Shown: positions 55,437-63,371 of the stretch, in pieces | How the letters are laid out: each line of letters opens with the position of its first letter | How positions within the stretch are numbered: position 1 is the first letter of the stretch | Source of the DNA: an uncultured Gammaproteobacteria bacterium | GTDB lineage: Bacteria > Patescibacteriota > Microgenomatia > UBA1406 > GWC2-37-13 | DNA: 64,000 bases | Direction: 5' to 3' | Assembly: GCA_964412815.1 (NCBI GenBank) | Contig: CAYPQF010000038.1 | Location: 11,284 to 75,283 of the forward strand | Notes under the pieces: generated by a model | Seen by the model: only the letters and a program-made list of their open reading frames with translations | Told to the model about the DNA's origin: nothing | The model's database searches: none | Translations under genes and position numbers: made by a program

Positions 55437-55616
55437 TTACTGATTTCCTCTTATAAAGGTCTGTGTCCAGATCTCCACATCGAGTAGCGAAACCTTTCCA
55501 TCTGCGTTAAAGTCTGCGAGCAAACTATTCCATTCTTTCAAGTACTCTGCTCGGAAGATTTCGTGATCTAGCAGATTAACAGATCTGTCGGGAAATTCGT
55601 CAATGATGACGGAGGT
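55437..55616 (-). pseudogene. 3' remnant of a gene ending in a dockerin/EF-hand-like repeat
   Basis: 59 open codons with no start (TSVIIDEFPDRSVNLLDHEIFRAEYLKEWNSLLADFNADGKVSLLDVEIWTQTFIRGNQ*). DFNADGKVSLLD fits the D-x-N-x-DG-x-V-x-x-x-D loop. Confidence 0.3.
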
Positions 55617-55731
55617 TCAGATGGTGCAATATGACTATTGTCAGCCGGACAGTTGCCTGCAGAGCCACCCGTAGACCAGAATACAAACGGTCTATACACA
55701 CAGCGCGTGTATAAACTATAGGCTTATCTAC

Positions 55732-55760
55732 TTGACAAACGCACATTAAAGTACTATACT
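55732..55760 (+). promoter_or_regulatory. promoter of the small GC-elevated membrane-protein gene
   Basis: TTGACA (55732-55737), 17-nt spacer, TATACT (55755-55760). Confidence 0.5.
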
Positions 55761-55808
55761 ATAGGACAGTAGGATTCGCCCGCTCTTTGAGAAAGTACGA
55801 GAACTAAG

Positions 55809-56096
55809 ATGCAATCGACTCAGCTTGGACAGATCGCGACGGAGCTGTTGAGCGCCTTTCACAGCAACCCGCTGTTGATCGGAGGACTCATCTTCGCCCT
55901 TGTTCTGTCCTTCGTTACACCCATCGGATCGTTTGTGGGAAACCTGGCCGCCAGCATTCTAGGGAGGAGCGGTGAGCCCGCCCGTTGGGGTGTGGCTACG
56001 CTTGTCTTAATCGTGCTACCCATCGTTGGCATGGGACTGTTGCTTTCGTTCTACGCGAAAGTTGAACTGGCTCCGTTGCTGAACATGGGCCGCTAG
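55809..56096 (+). CDS. small membrane protein (3 TM), GC-elevated
   Basis: 95 aa with hydrophobic segments LLIGGLIFALVLSFV, IGSFVGNLAASIL and VATLVLIVLPIVGMGLLLSF. Visibly more G/C-rich than its neighbours. Confidence 0.55.
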   Translation: MQSTQLGQIATELLSAFHSNPLLIGGLIFALVLSFVTPIGSFVGNLAASILGRSGEPARWGVATLVLIVLPIVGMGLLLSFYAKVELAPLLNMGR

Positions 56097-56112
56097 GCGG
56101 ATTCTATTATGT

Positions 56113-56146
56113 GCGCTGTCCGGGCGTTCTACGTCCCGGTCAGCGC
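56113..56146. terminator. bidirectional hairpin between convergent genes
   Basis: GCGCTGTCCGGG (56113-56124) pairs with CCCGGTCAGCGC (56135-56146), 11 of 12 bp. T-rich sequence follows on the plus strand. Confidence 0.55.
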
Positions 56147-56156
56147 CTTCTCTTTC

Positions 56157-56336
56157 TTAGGAAGATTTCTTTTTGGGCACCTTCGCACCTTCTTCACGTG
56201 CTTCAGAAAGTCCAATCGCAACTGCCTGTTTTCGCTTGGTTACTTTCTTTCCACTACCGCTTTTAAGGGTTCCTTTTTTATATTCGTGCATTACTTCTTT
56301 GACCTTCGATTGAGCTTTTTTGTCATATTTAGCCAT
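56157..56336 (-). CDS. small basic protein, DUF6496-like (59 aa, below the ORF-track cutoff)
   Basis: MAKYDKKAQSKVKEVMHEYKKGTLKSGSGKKVTKRKQAVAIGLSEAREEGAKVPKKKSS. The pattern H.(Y/F)K.G.LKSGSGKKV..RKQA.AIGLSEAR is a conserved small-protein family, from memory. Confidence 0.65.
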   Translation of the reverse strand: MAKYDKKAQSKVKEVMHEYKKGTLKSGSGKKVTKRKQAVAIGLSEAREEGAKVPKKKSS

Positions 56337-56635
56337 ATTTATCAGTGAAATGTATAATACCTGTCATCTTATATCTCAACTATGAAAAGAAGCGACAAGG
56401 GGATACAAGAATTCCGTAAGTAGTTTTGTAATAATGGGCAATCTGTATTTAGCTTGTTCTACTATTATAAGTCGCATCATAACACATATAAAAAACACCT
56501 TCTCAGCGTTCTCACATAATTGCATTAAGCCTGAAAGAACGGGTATTCTTATTACTTTGATGTAAACTATAAGTATTTGATTTTTGACTCACAACCTATT
56601 TATAGTAAATTAAGATACAAATTTTTTACTTCAGT

Positions 56636-58138
56636 ATGCAAAAACATACGCGTATAGTGATTGGGTTCCTTCTTGCTCTTATTACCATTTTTGGCGGTGC
56701 TTCTCCCGCTCTCGCACAGACAACCGAACCTCTCAAAAAAGTTTCGTGGCACGGTAAGGACTGGTTTTTGCACGGGGTGAACATGCCTTGGGTGCAGTGG
56801 GGATGCGACTTCGGCTCCGGGTGTTCCTGGGGTGATAACGGAGTAGAGTCCACAACGGTACAGGCGAAGATTCGCCCGGAGTTTCAAAAGTTGAAAGATA
56901 ACAAGCTACACGTAGTGCGCTGGTGGATGTTTCCGGGGACACCAACTGTCAGTAATGGAAATAGAATGATTCTTACCGATAGTTCCGGAAAACCAACCGG
57001 AATTGATCCGGGAGTCTATCGGGATATTGATGCTGCACTCCAATTGGCACAGGAATATGACCTGTATTACAACTTTACCCTGTTTTCCAGCCCGAGTTCT
57101 CTTCCCGCTTCATGGCGTGACAACGAGACACACCGCCAAGCTCTCGCCGATGTGCTGGGACAGATGTTTGCCCGGTACAAAGATAATCCCCGCATCATGG
57201 CCTGGGAGACGTTTAACGAACCTGAATGGGAGATCTTCTGGGATAACCAGACTGATATGAGAAACAAGACGGTCGATCTGGTGAAACGTATTATTGCCGT
57301 ACAGAGAAATACAACCCCGGCTCTGGTTAATATCGGCCCGGCATGGGTACAACTTGATGTCTGGACCAATGCAAATGTAGATGTCGACTTCTACTCTCCC
57401 CACTACTACGACAACATGACCAATCAATGGGGCAGACGTGATAACGCATTTTCTGTCACTGCGAGCCAGCTGCGACAGGAGTATGGCATCGATAAACCCA
57501 TTCTTCTTGGAGAAATCTATGTCGGGAGCGATGTAAACCCTGCGGAACGATACCAAAAAGCCCGCGATCTGGGATATGCAGGAGCTTGGGGATGGTCATT
57601 ATTCTATAACTCTACCAGCGATAAGATGCAGATTGATATGGCAGGAGCAAAATCATTTGCGGACAAACACACGGATATCGGACCCACCAGTTCGGGTACG
57701 ACCAGTCCAACCGCAACACCTGCGCCGACTACAACCCGAACTCCGACTCCGGTACAAAAAAGCACGGTTGCAGTCTATGCAAAAGGCTTTGCAGCAAACA
57801 ATACCTATCCAACCATGCAGGTGTATATTAATAACACCCTGGTAAAAACATTTACCAATGTACAGGATGCGCTGACTACCCCGCTTACCTTTGAGTTCAA
57901 CCGGAAGATTGTTTCTTCAGATGTACTAAAGGTAGCCTTTACCAACGACTACTATACGAGTAGAACCAATGATAGAAACCTGTTGATCGATAAGATACAG
58001 GTTGATACAAAGACCTATCAAACGGAAGCATCTACCGTGTACGGCACCGGAGTTGCGACCTCAGCAGGATGTAAATCAGGATATCTGAAGCAACAGCAGC
58101 TAAACTGCAACGGATATTTTCAGTACAACCTCCAGTAA
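56636..58138 (+). CDS. secreted glycoside hydrolase family 5 enzyme with C-terminal carbohydrate-binding module
   Basis: Signal peptide, then HVVRWWMF, AWETFNEPEW (acid/base Glu) and LGEIY. A PT linker leads to a ~130-aa module with VAFTNDYY...DRNLLIDKIQVD, resembling Ca-dependent CBM36/60-type modules. Confidence 0.7.
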   Translation: MQKHTRIVIGFLLALITIFGGASPALAQTTEPLKKVSWHGKDWFLHGVNMPWVQWGCDFGSGCSWGDNGVESTTVQAKIRPEFQKLKDNKLHVVRWWMFPGTPTVSNGNRMILTDSSGKPTGIDPGVYRDIDAALQLAQEYDLYYNFTLFSSPSSLPASWRDNETHRQALADVLGQMFARYKDNPRIMAWETFNEPEWEIFWDNQTDMRNKTVDLVKRIIAVQRNTTPALVNIGPAWVQLDVWTNANVDVDFYSPHYYDNMTNQWGRRDNAFSVTASQLRQEYGIDKPILLGEIYVGSDVNPAERYQKARDLGYAGAWGWSLFYNSTSDKMQIDMAGAKSFADKHTDIGPTSSGTTSPTATPAPTTTRTPTPVQKSTVAVYAKGFAANNTYPTMQVYINNTLVKTFTNVQDALTTPLTFEFNRKIVSSDVLKVAFTNDYYTSRTNDRNLLIDKIQVDTKTYQTEASTVYGTGVATSAGCKSGYLKQQQLNCNGYFQYNLQ

Positions 58139-58144
58139 TGAATC

Positions 58145-58173
58145 TGTCCCGGCAGCTCGTTGCTGCCGGGACA
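58145..58173 (+). terminator. hairpin terminator after the GH5 gene
   Basis: TGTCCCGGCAGC-TCGTT-GCTGCCGGGACA, a 12-bp stem with no clear U-tract. Confidence 0.5.
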
Positions 58174-58439
58174 CCTCTCTACGGTTAGAAAATAATATTC
58201 AACAGGATTGTCAGGATTATACTAATCAGTATTGATGGCCAGATTAGAAACTTGAATTTAAACATATCTCTTCACAATACACCTGCTCCATAAGAATCTT
58301 CGCAGTCTTCAATAAAGAGCAGATAAGAACAATACTGTAAACCTCTTACTGATTCTGTTTAAGTTTATACATAAATAATACTTTGCTCTAATACGCTATC
58401 TCTATACTGGACGTAGATTATTATTTATTTTTTTCAGTT

Positions 58440-58820
58440 ATGAAAATTATTCCATCTAAAGTCCATGGCTATATAGACTATACCCTGGCAGCAATCCTCT
58501 GGTTTGCTCCTACCATTTTTGCCTTCGAGAATGTCGGAGGTCCCGCAGTTTGGGTACCACGTGCAATTGCACTGCTCATTCTCGGTCAGTCGTTATTAAC
58601 AAACTACGAACTGGGAGTGTTCAAGGTAATTCCCCTTTCCGTACATCTGATTCTCGACCTGGCTGCTTCTGCATTCCTGGCGGCATCCCCGTTCGTCTTC
58701 GGGTTTTCCACCTTTGATGCGAACGTCTGGATGCCTCATGTAGTCGCCGGTGTCGGATACTTTATTATCTCGTTCCTGACCGAGTCACGGGCTCATCAAG
58801 TAGCACGCGCGCATGCTTAA
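58440..58820 (+). CDS. small integral membrane protein (4 TM)
   Basis: 126 aa with four hydrophobic helices. Family uncertain. Confidence 0.5.
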   Translation: MKIIPSKVHGYIDYTLAAILWFAPTIFAFENVGGPAVWVPRAIALLILGQSLLTNYELGVFKVIPLSVHLILDLAASAFLAASPFVFGFSTFDANVWMPHVVAGVGYFIISFLTESRAHQVARAHA

Positions 58821-58832
58821 CCGCATATCCGG

Positions 58833-58866
58833 AAAAAAAGCCGCGGGGAAACCCGCGGTTTTTTTT
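58833..58866. terminator. bidirectional intrinsic terminator
   Basis: A7-G-CCGCGGG-GAAA-CCCGCGG-T8. Confidence 0.85.
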
Positions 58867-58927
58867 ATAACACTTTCTTTTCATTCTGCTGCTGAATACG
58901 CTACAATACAGTTTTACGGATAGAACT

Positions 58928-59992
58928 ATGAAATCATCTACGCCAATCCTGTTAACTGTTACTCTACTGAGTATTATTTTCATTTTCTGGTGGGCCTATT
59001 CTAAGATTACACATGCTCCCCCTCCTATGGCTACTCTCGCAACCATCGCCACAGGCAGACCAAGTCCGACAATCGCAGCGACCCCGACCCCAATGCCCTT
59101 TGCGGAACTGACGATTCCCTTCCTCCGTGCCAGAGTATACTCCGGGAGACTTGGCGAACGCACTCTGATCAGTGAGAACGGCAGTTACAACTCGTATCTG
59201 ACGAGCTATACCTCTGACAGACTCAGGATTAACGCACAACTGACCACTCCAACCGGAGAGATGCCGGACGGCGGGTGGCCTGCTGTGGTGTTTGTGCACG
59301 GATATATCCCTCCGGCACAATACAATACACTGGAAAAGTATACAGACTATGTAGATTACATTGCCCGGAACGGATTTGTTGTGTTTAAGATCGATCTTCG
59401 GGGACATGGTGAGTCCGAGGGCGAACCGAGTGGAGCGTACTATTCATCCGATTATGTGATCGATACCTTAAATGCATATACGGCACTTGAAAACTCCGAC
59501 TTTGTCAATAAAGAGAAAATCGGCCTGTGGGGACACAGCATGGCTGGAAATATTGTGATGAGGAGTATGGCTGCAAAACCGAATATACCAGCGGGTGTTA
59601 TCTGGGCTGGAGCAGTCTACACCTATACAGATTTTATTGAGTATCGCATCTCCGATACCAGTTATATTCCATTGCCCAGCAGCTCTCCAGCCACCAGTCG
59701 TCGACAGCAGATTATTGCCGCACATGGAGATATCTCTTCTGTCAGTACCTACTGGAAACAGGTTGCCCCCGCAAATTATTTAGGTGAATTTACTGGAGCA
59801 GTTCAGATTCACCATGCCGTCGACGATGATGTCGTCAGTATCGAATATACCCGCAACCTCAAACGGTTGATGGATGCAAACTCAGTTGAAAACGAAGTGT
59901 ACGAATACTCATATGGAGGACATAATATCTCCGGCGGCAGCTGGGTAGAAGCAATGGAGCGGACCGTCCAGTTTTACCGAGAACAGCTCTAA
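58928..59992 (+). CDS. secreted/anchored alpha/beta hydrolase (S9 prolyl-oligopeptidase / dienelactone-hydrolase-like)
   Basis: N-terminal TM and a PT-rich linker. VVFVHGY and GLWGHSMAG (nucleophile elbow), with a C-terminal HHAVDD and GGHN region. Confidence 0.7.
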   Translation: MKSSTPILLTVTLLSIIFIFWWAYSKITHAPPPMATLATIATGRPSPTIAATPTPMPFAELTIPFLRARVYSGRLGERTLISENGSYNSYLTSYTSDRLRINAQLTTPTGEMPDGGWPAVVFVHGYIPPAQYNTLEKYTDYVDYIARNGFVVFKIDLRGHGESEGEPSGAYYSSDYVIDTLNAYTALENSDFVNKEKIGLWGHSMAGNIVMRSMAAKPNIPAGVIWAGAVYTYTDFIEYRISDTSYIPLPSSSPATSRRQQIIAAHGDISSVSTYWKQVAPANYLGEFTGAVQIHHAVDDDVVSIEYTRNLKRLMDANSVENEVYEYSYGGHNISGGSWVEAMERTVQFYREQL

Positions 59993-60018
59993 CGCGATCG
60001 CAACAACGTATCAAGCGC

Positions 60019-60831
60019 TTATTCAAACGTATTACACCGGTCCAGAGATCCGCTTTCATACCCACGGGTAAACCATTCCACTCGTTGATCAGATGATCCA
60101 TGTGTCCATGACTCCGGATTCACATAGCCACTTACCCGCTCCTGAATCCGGTCGTCTCCCACGGCAGCAGCTGCATCCATGGCTTCTCCTATCTCACCGG
60201 GCTCAAAGATCTGTTCATCCCTGAGCGAATGCGCCCACAGCCCAGCATAACAGTCGGCCTGCAGCTCAAGCTTGATAGAATCCTCATTCGTTTGTACCCT
60301 TCCCAGGGTTTGTAACTGGTACTGTACATGATGACCGACTTCGTGAGCTATCACATATGCTTCGGCAACGTCTCCACCCTGAGCTCCGAGTCGGTTGGTA
60401 AGTTCGTCAAAAAATGTTTCATCTATGTAGATGGTTTGATCGAGTGGACAATAATGCGGTCCAACCTGGGATGTTGCCGAACCACAACCCGAGTTTGTTG
60501 CGGTACGAAACAACACCAGGCGTGGTGGCTGGTACGTCAGTCCATTCTCCTGAAATGTAGTTGCCCAAAGTTCGTTGTTCGATCCCAGAACCGTAGACGC
60601 GAAGGTCTCGTATTCGTCGGCACCCTCATATTGATCCGTTACCTGTCGTTGTGAAGTCTCGCGGGGAAGGGCATCCAACTGATACAAAAGATCTGAAAGA
60701 TCGCCTCCCGTTAAGAAATTAAATGCAACGATCAACGCGAGACCTGTCAGGCTAATTCCACCTGCTACCGGTGCAAATCCCCGACGATCTTCAACATTTC
60801 CGCGACTGCCAATCTTCCACCAGTTTGCCAT
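60019..60831 (-). CDS. YpfJ-family neutral zinc metallopeptidase
   Basis: NVEDRRG, one TM, CGSATSQVGPHYCPLDQTIYID and AHEVGHHVQ (HExxH). Confidence 0.8.
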   Translation of the reverse strand: MANWWKIGSRGNVEDRRGFAPVAGGISLTGLALIVAFNFLTGGDLSDLLYQLDALPRETSQRQVTDQYEGADEYETFASTVLGSNNELWATTFQENGLTYQPPRLVLFRTATNSGCGSATSQVGPHYCPLDQTIYIDETFFDELTNRLGAQGGDVAEAYVIAHEVGHHVQYQLQTLGRVQTNEDSIKLELQADCYAGLWAHSLRDEQIFEPGEIGEAMDAAAAVGDDRIQERVSGYVNPESWTHGSSDQRVEWFTRGYESGSLDRCNTFE

Positions 60832-60938
60832 ACGGTAAGTAATTTATATCCTTAATTTATACTGTTCACGCATGAAAATAGCGTGAATAATGAGATAATA
60901 ATGCGGTAAGAACCATCCGGGACTGGTACAATTGGAGT

Positions 60939-61466
60939 ATGGATTTGAAGTCATACATTGCTGAGTACCCGGATTTTCCAGAACCTGGCATTCTGTTTCG
61001 TGATATCAGTCCGCTTCTGGCTACTCCAGCTGCATTTACCGAACTGCTGAACCAGATGGAAGCGAAACTCGATCCTCTCTCATGCACCGCACTGATTGCC
61101 ATTGATGCACGTGGTTTTATCTTTGCAAGTGCTCTTGCTGACCGGATGCAAAAAAAGCTTATCTTGGCAAGAAAAAAAGGCAAACTCCCCGGATCTGTTA
61201 CTTCGGTGTCCTACTCCTACGAATATGCCGCTGCGGACCTCGAGATCCAGAATGGCCTACTACAAAAAGACGATCATGTTGTGATTATTGACGACGTGCT
61301 TGCAACCGGAAATACTCTGGCAGCTGTTGCCCGCCTGATCGCAGAATCTCCCGCAACTCTGTGTGGCATACTAGTGGCACTTGAGTTACCGGCACTCCAT
61401 GGTCGGGAACCATTGAAAGAATTTATTTCTCCATCATCTGTTCATTCTATACTCTCCTATGAATAA
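60939..61466 (+). CDS. apt: adenine phosphoribosyltransferase
   Basis: DFPEPGILFRDISPLL and VVIIDDVLATGNT (PRPP-binding loop). Confidence 0.9.
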   Translation: MDLKSYIAEYPDFPEPGILFRDISPLLATPAAFTELLNQMEAKLDPLSCTALIAIDARGFIFASALADRMQKKLILARKKGKLPGSVTSVSYSYEYAAADLEIQNGLLQKDDHVVIIDDVLATGNTLAAVARLIAESPATLCGILVALELPALHGREPLKEFISPSSVHSILSYE

Positions 61467-62112
61467 CCTCTGGTGCCTGTTTGCGATGGAAGAAGAACGG
61501 ATGGCAATCTTTCCAGACGAAACAACTGATCTGATTCAAGAAAAGCCTTTTACTATCAGAAAAGAACGGACATCCGGTATCTTCATTCTGGTTACCGGTA
61601 TTGGGACAGTAAACGCAGCAATCGCGACACAGCATTTACTTGATCAATATACTCCGGAGATCATTATTAATCTTGGAGCAGCAGGCGGAGTAGCACCAGA
61701 ATCAGAACTCGGAGCGGCATATATGGTAAGTGAAGCAATTTTTTTTGATGTAGATGTCACCGCTTTCGGCTATAGTTATGGCAGGATTCCCCGGAACGGT
61801 GTTGAGACCTATCAGTTACATACAGTGCGTGAGGAACCCTGTATCTGCGCCTCTGGCGATAGCTTTGTAACAGACTTTCATGGCCAATATGGCAAGAAGA
61901 TCTCTAAAAAAATACTTCTGGTTGATATGGAGATTGCAGGTGTCTGTCATACTCTGCTGGTAAATAATTATCAGGGAAAGATATACGCAATTAAAGGAGT
62001 ATCAGATAAAGCAAACTATCAGGCACCTACCAGTTTTGAAGAAAATATGGCAAGAGCTCTCACTCAGGTACAGGCCATGTTTCAATCCTTACTCGGACAC
62101 CTACGCTCTTAA
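61459..62112 (+). CDS. mtnN: 5'-methylthioadenosine/S-adenosylhomocysteine nucleosidase
   Basis: FAMEEE, TGIGTVNAAIAT and VDMEIAGV. Overlaps the apt stop by 8 nt. Confidence 0.8.
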   Translation: MNNLWCLFAMEEERMAIFPDETTDLIQEKPFTIRKERTSGIFILVTGIGTVNAAIATQHLLDQYTPEIIINLGAAGGVAPESELGAAYMVSEAIFFDVDVTAFGYSYGRIPRNGVETYQLHTVREEPCICASGDSFVTDFHGQYGKKISKKILLVDMEIAGVCHTLLVNNYQGKIYAIKGVSDKANYQAPTSFEENMARALTQVQAMFQSLLGHLRS

Positions 62113-63363
62113 CGGCTTCTGAGGCTCTCGTTCAACAACATCTCCTGCCACCTGTTCCCGTTTAGCCAGCAGGATAAAAGGAATGGCAATACTTTGAATC
62201 AAACTTGCAGCTGCATATGATGCGGGGTAACTCCAGACATCTGCCACCCGTCCCAATACCGGCTGAATCACAATTCCTCCACTCGAAGCCATCAGAGAGT
62301 CAAACGAGATGACAGTCGCACGCTGTTTGGAAGGGATCTGACTATTCAGATACGTCTGACGTACCGGCATCAACGCGGCAGTAAGCAGTCCAAGCACAAA
62401 GATAAGTATTAAAGCAATCCAGAAACTGGTTGTCATCGACACTGCCAGCAGGATTGCTCCATTGATTACGATTCCAGTATATAACAATGTTGTCCGTCGC
62501 TGGAAAAACTGGATGAGCCGCGAAACTGTCATTCCACCGATAATTTGAGCGGAAGCCACAATGGCAGCGACCAATCCAGCCACCCCATAAGCTGAAGAAT
62601 CTCCATATAACTCAAGTAAAAACGGCTGCAGCGCATAGAACACGTAAAAACCGACTCCGGCGGTAAACGGGGCCGCAATCATGAGCCATCGTACTGGAGG
62701 ATTTTTGAGACCATACTCAAGTGATTTTGAAAGAGTAACAGAAATTTCCTGTACCGGATTTTTACCGCCTGAAGGGGTAAAACCCAGATCCTTCATCAAA
62801 AACCATGCGGTGGCAAAGTTTAAAAGGAGCACTGCGGAACGAAGAATATATGGGACTCCGAGGTTAGTATATTGAGCAATCATTCCACCGGCAACAGATC
62901 CGGTTAACATGGCAATGCCCCCTACAACCTGCCCCTGTGCAAACACAGACTCCATCTTGCCGGTATAGCCTGTTGCCTCCAATGCATCCACCAGCCATGC
63001 TTCCAGAGCCCCGGAAAAGAAGGTAAAGCCTAACCCCAGCAACAACGAAGCTACTGCCCACCCCCAGAATGGTCCCTGTATCTGCCACATAAACAGATAA
63101 AGAGCAGTAGAAAGCGCCAGGGTAATGGTGCCCCACAGATAGGAGACTCTCCGGCCATAGGTATCTGCGATCACGCCAGTAGGAATCTCAAACAGAACCT
63201 GTCCGACTGTAAAAAAGGCATTGGTAGCAAAGGCTTCAAAGTTACTTAAGCCTGCGTCCAGGAGAAAGATAGTGTTAATGCCCCAGATAAAAGAAGCAGC
63301 CAGTGTATTTCCCAACACCAGCATCACATACGTTCTCTGAATGTGTTGAGGAGTATACTGCAT
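62101..63363 (-). CDS. MFS transporter
   Basis: About 12 TMs with a GVIADTYGRR-type loop between TM2 and TM3. Confidence 0.75.
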   Translation of the reverse strand: MQYTPQHIQRTYVMLVLGNTLAASFIWGINTIFLLDAGLSNFEAFATNAFFTVGQVLFEIPTGVIADTYGRRVSYLWGTITLALSTALYLFMWQIQGPFWGWAVASLLLGLGFTFFSGALEAWLVDALEATGYTGKMESVFAQGQVVGGIAMLTGSVAGGMIAQYTNLGVPYILRSAVLLLNFATAWFLMKDLGFTPSGGKNPVQEISVTLSKSLEYGLKNPPVRWLMIAAPFTAGVGFYVFYALQPFLLELYGDSSAYGVAGLVAAIVASAQIIGGMTVSRLIQFFQRRTTLLYTGIVINGAILLAVSMTTSFWIALILIFVLGLLTAALMPVRQTYLNSQIPSKQRATVISFDSLMASSGGIVIQPVLGRVADVWSYPASYAAASLIQSIAIPFILLAKREQVAGDVVEREPQKPLRA

Positions 63364-63371
63364 CTACTGCA

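Noticed and set aside
50499-55727. The shared 12-mer ACTATAGGCTTA (and the T7-promoter-like ACTATAGG) near the promoters of both GC-elevated cassettes, as evidence of a common mobile promoter or phage-type promoter
   Set aside because: Chance 12-mer matches are expected many times in 64 kb, and ACTATAG also occurs at unrelated sites (e.g. 39383). The word overlaps ordinary -10-like sequence.
56109-56348. 79-aa plus-strand ORF (MCAVRAFYVPVSAF...)
   Set aside because: The opposite strand encodes a 59-aa protein (56157-56336) with a recognisable conserved small-protein pattern (KSGSGKKV..RKQA.AIGLSEAR). The plus-strand product is Phe/Ser/Leu junk.
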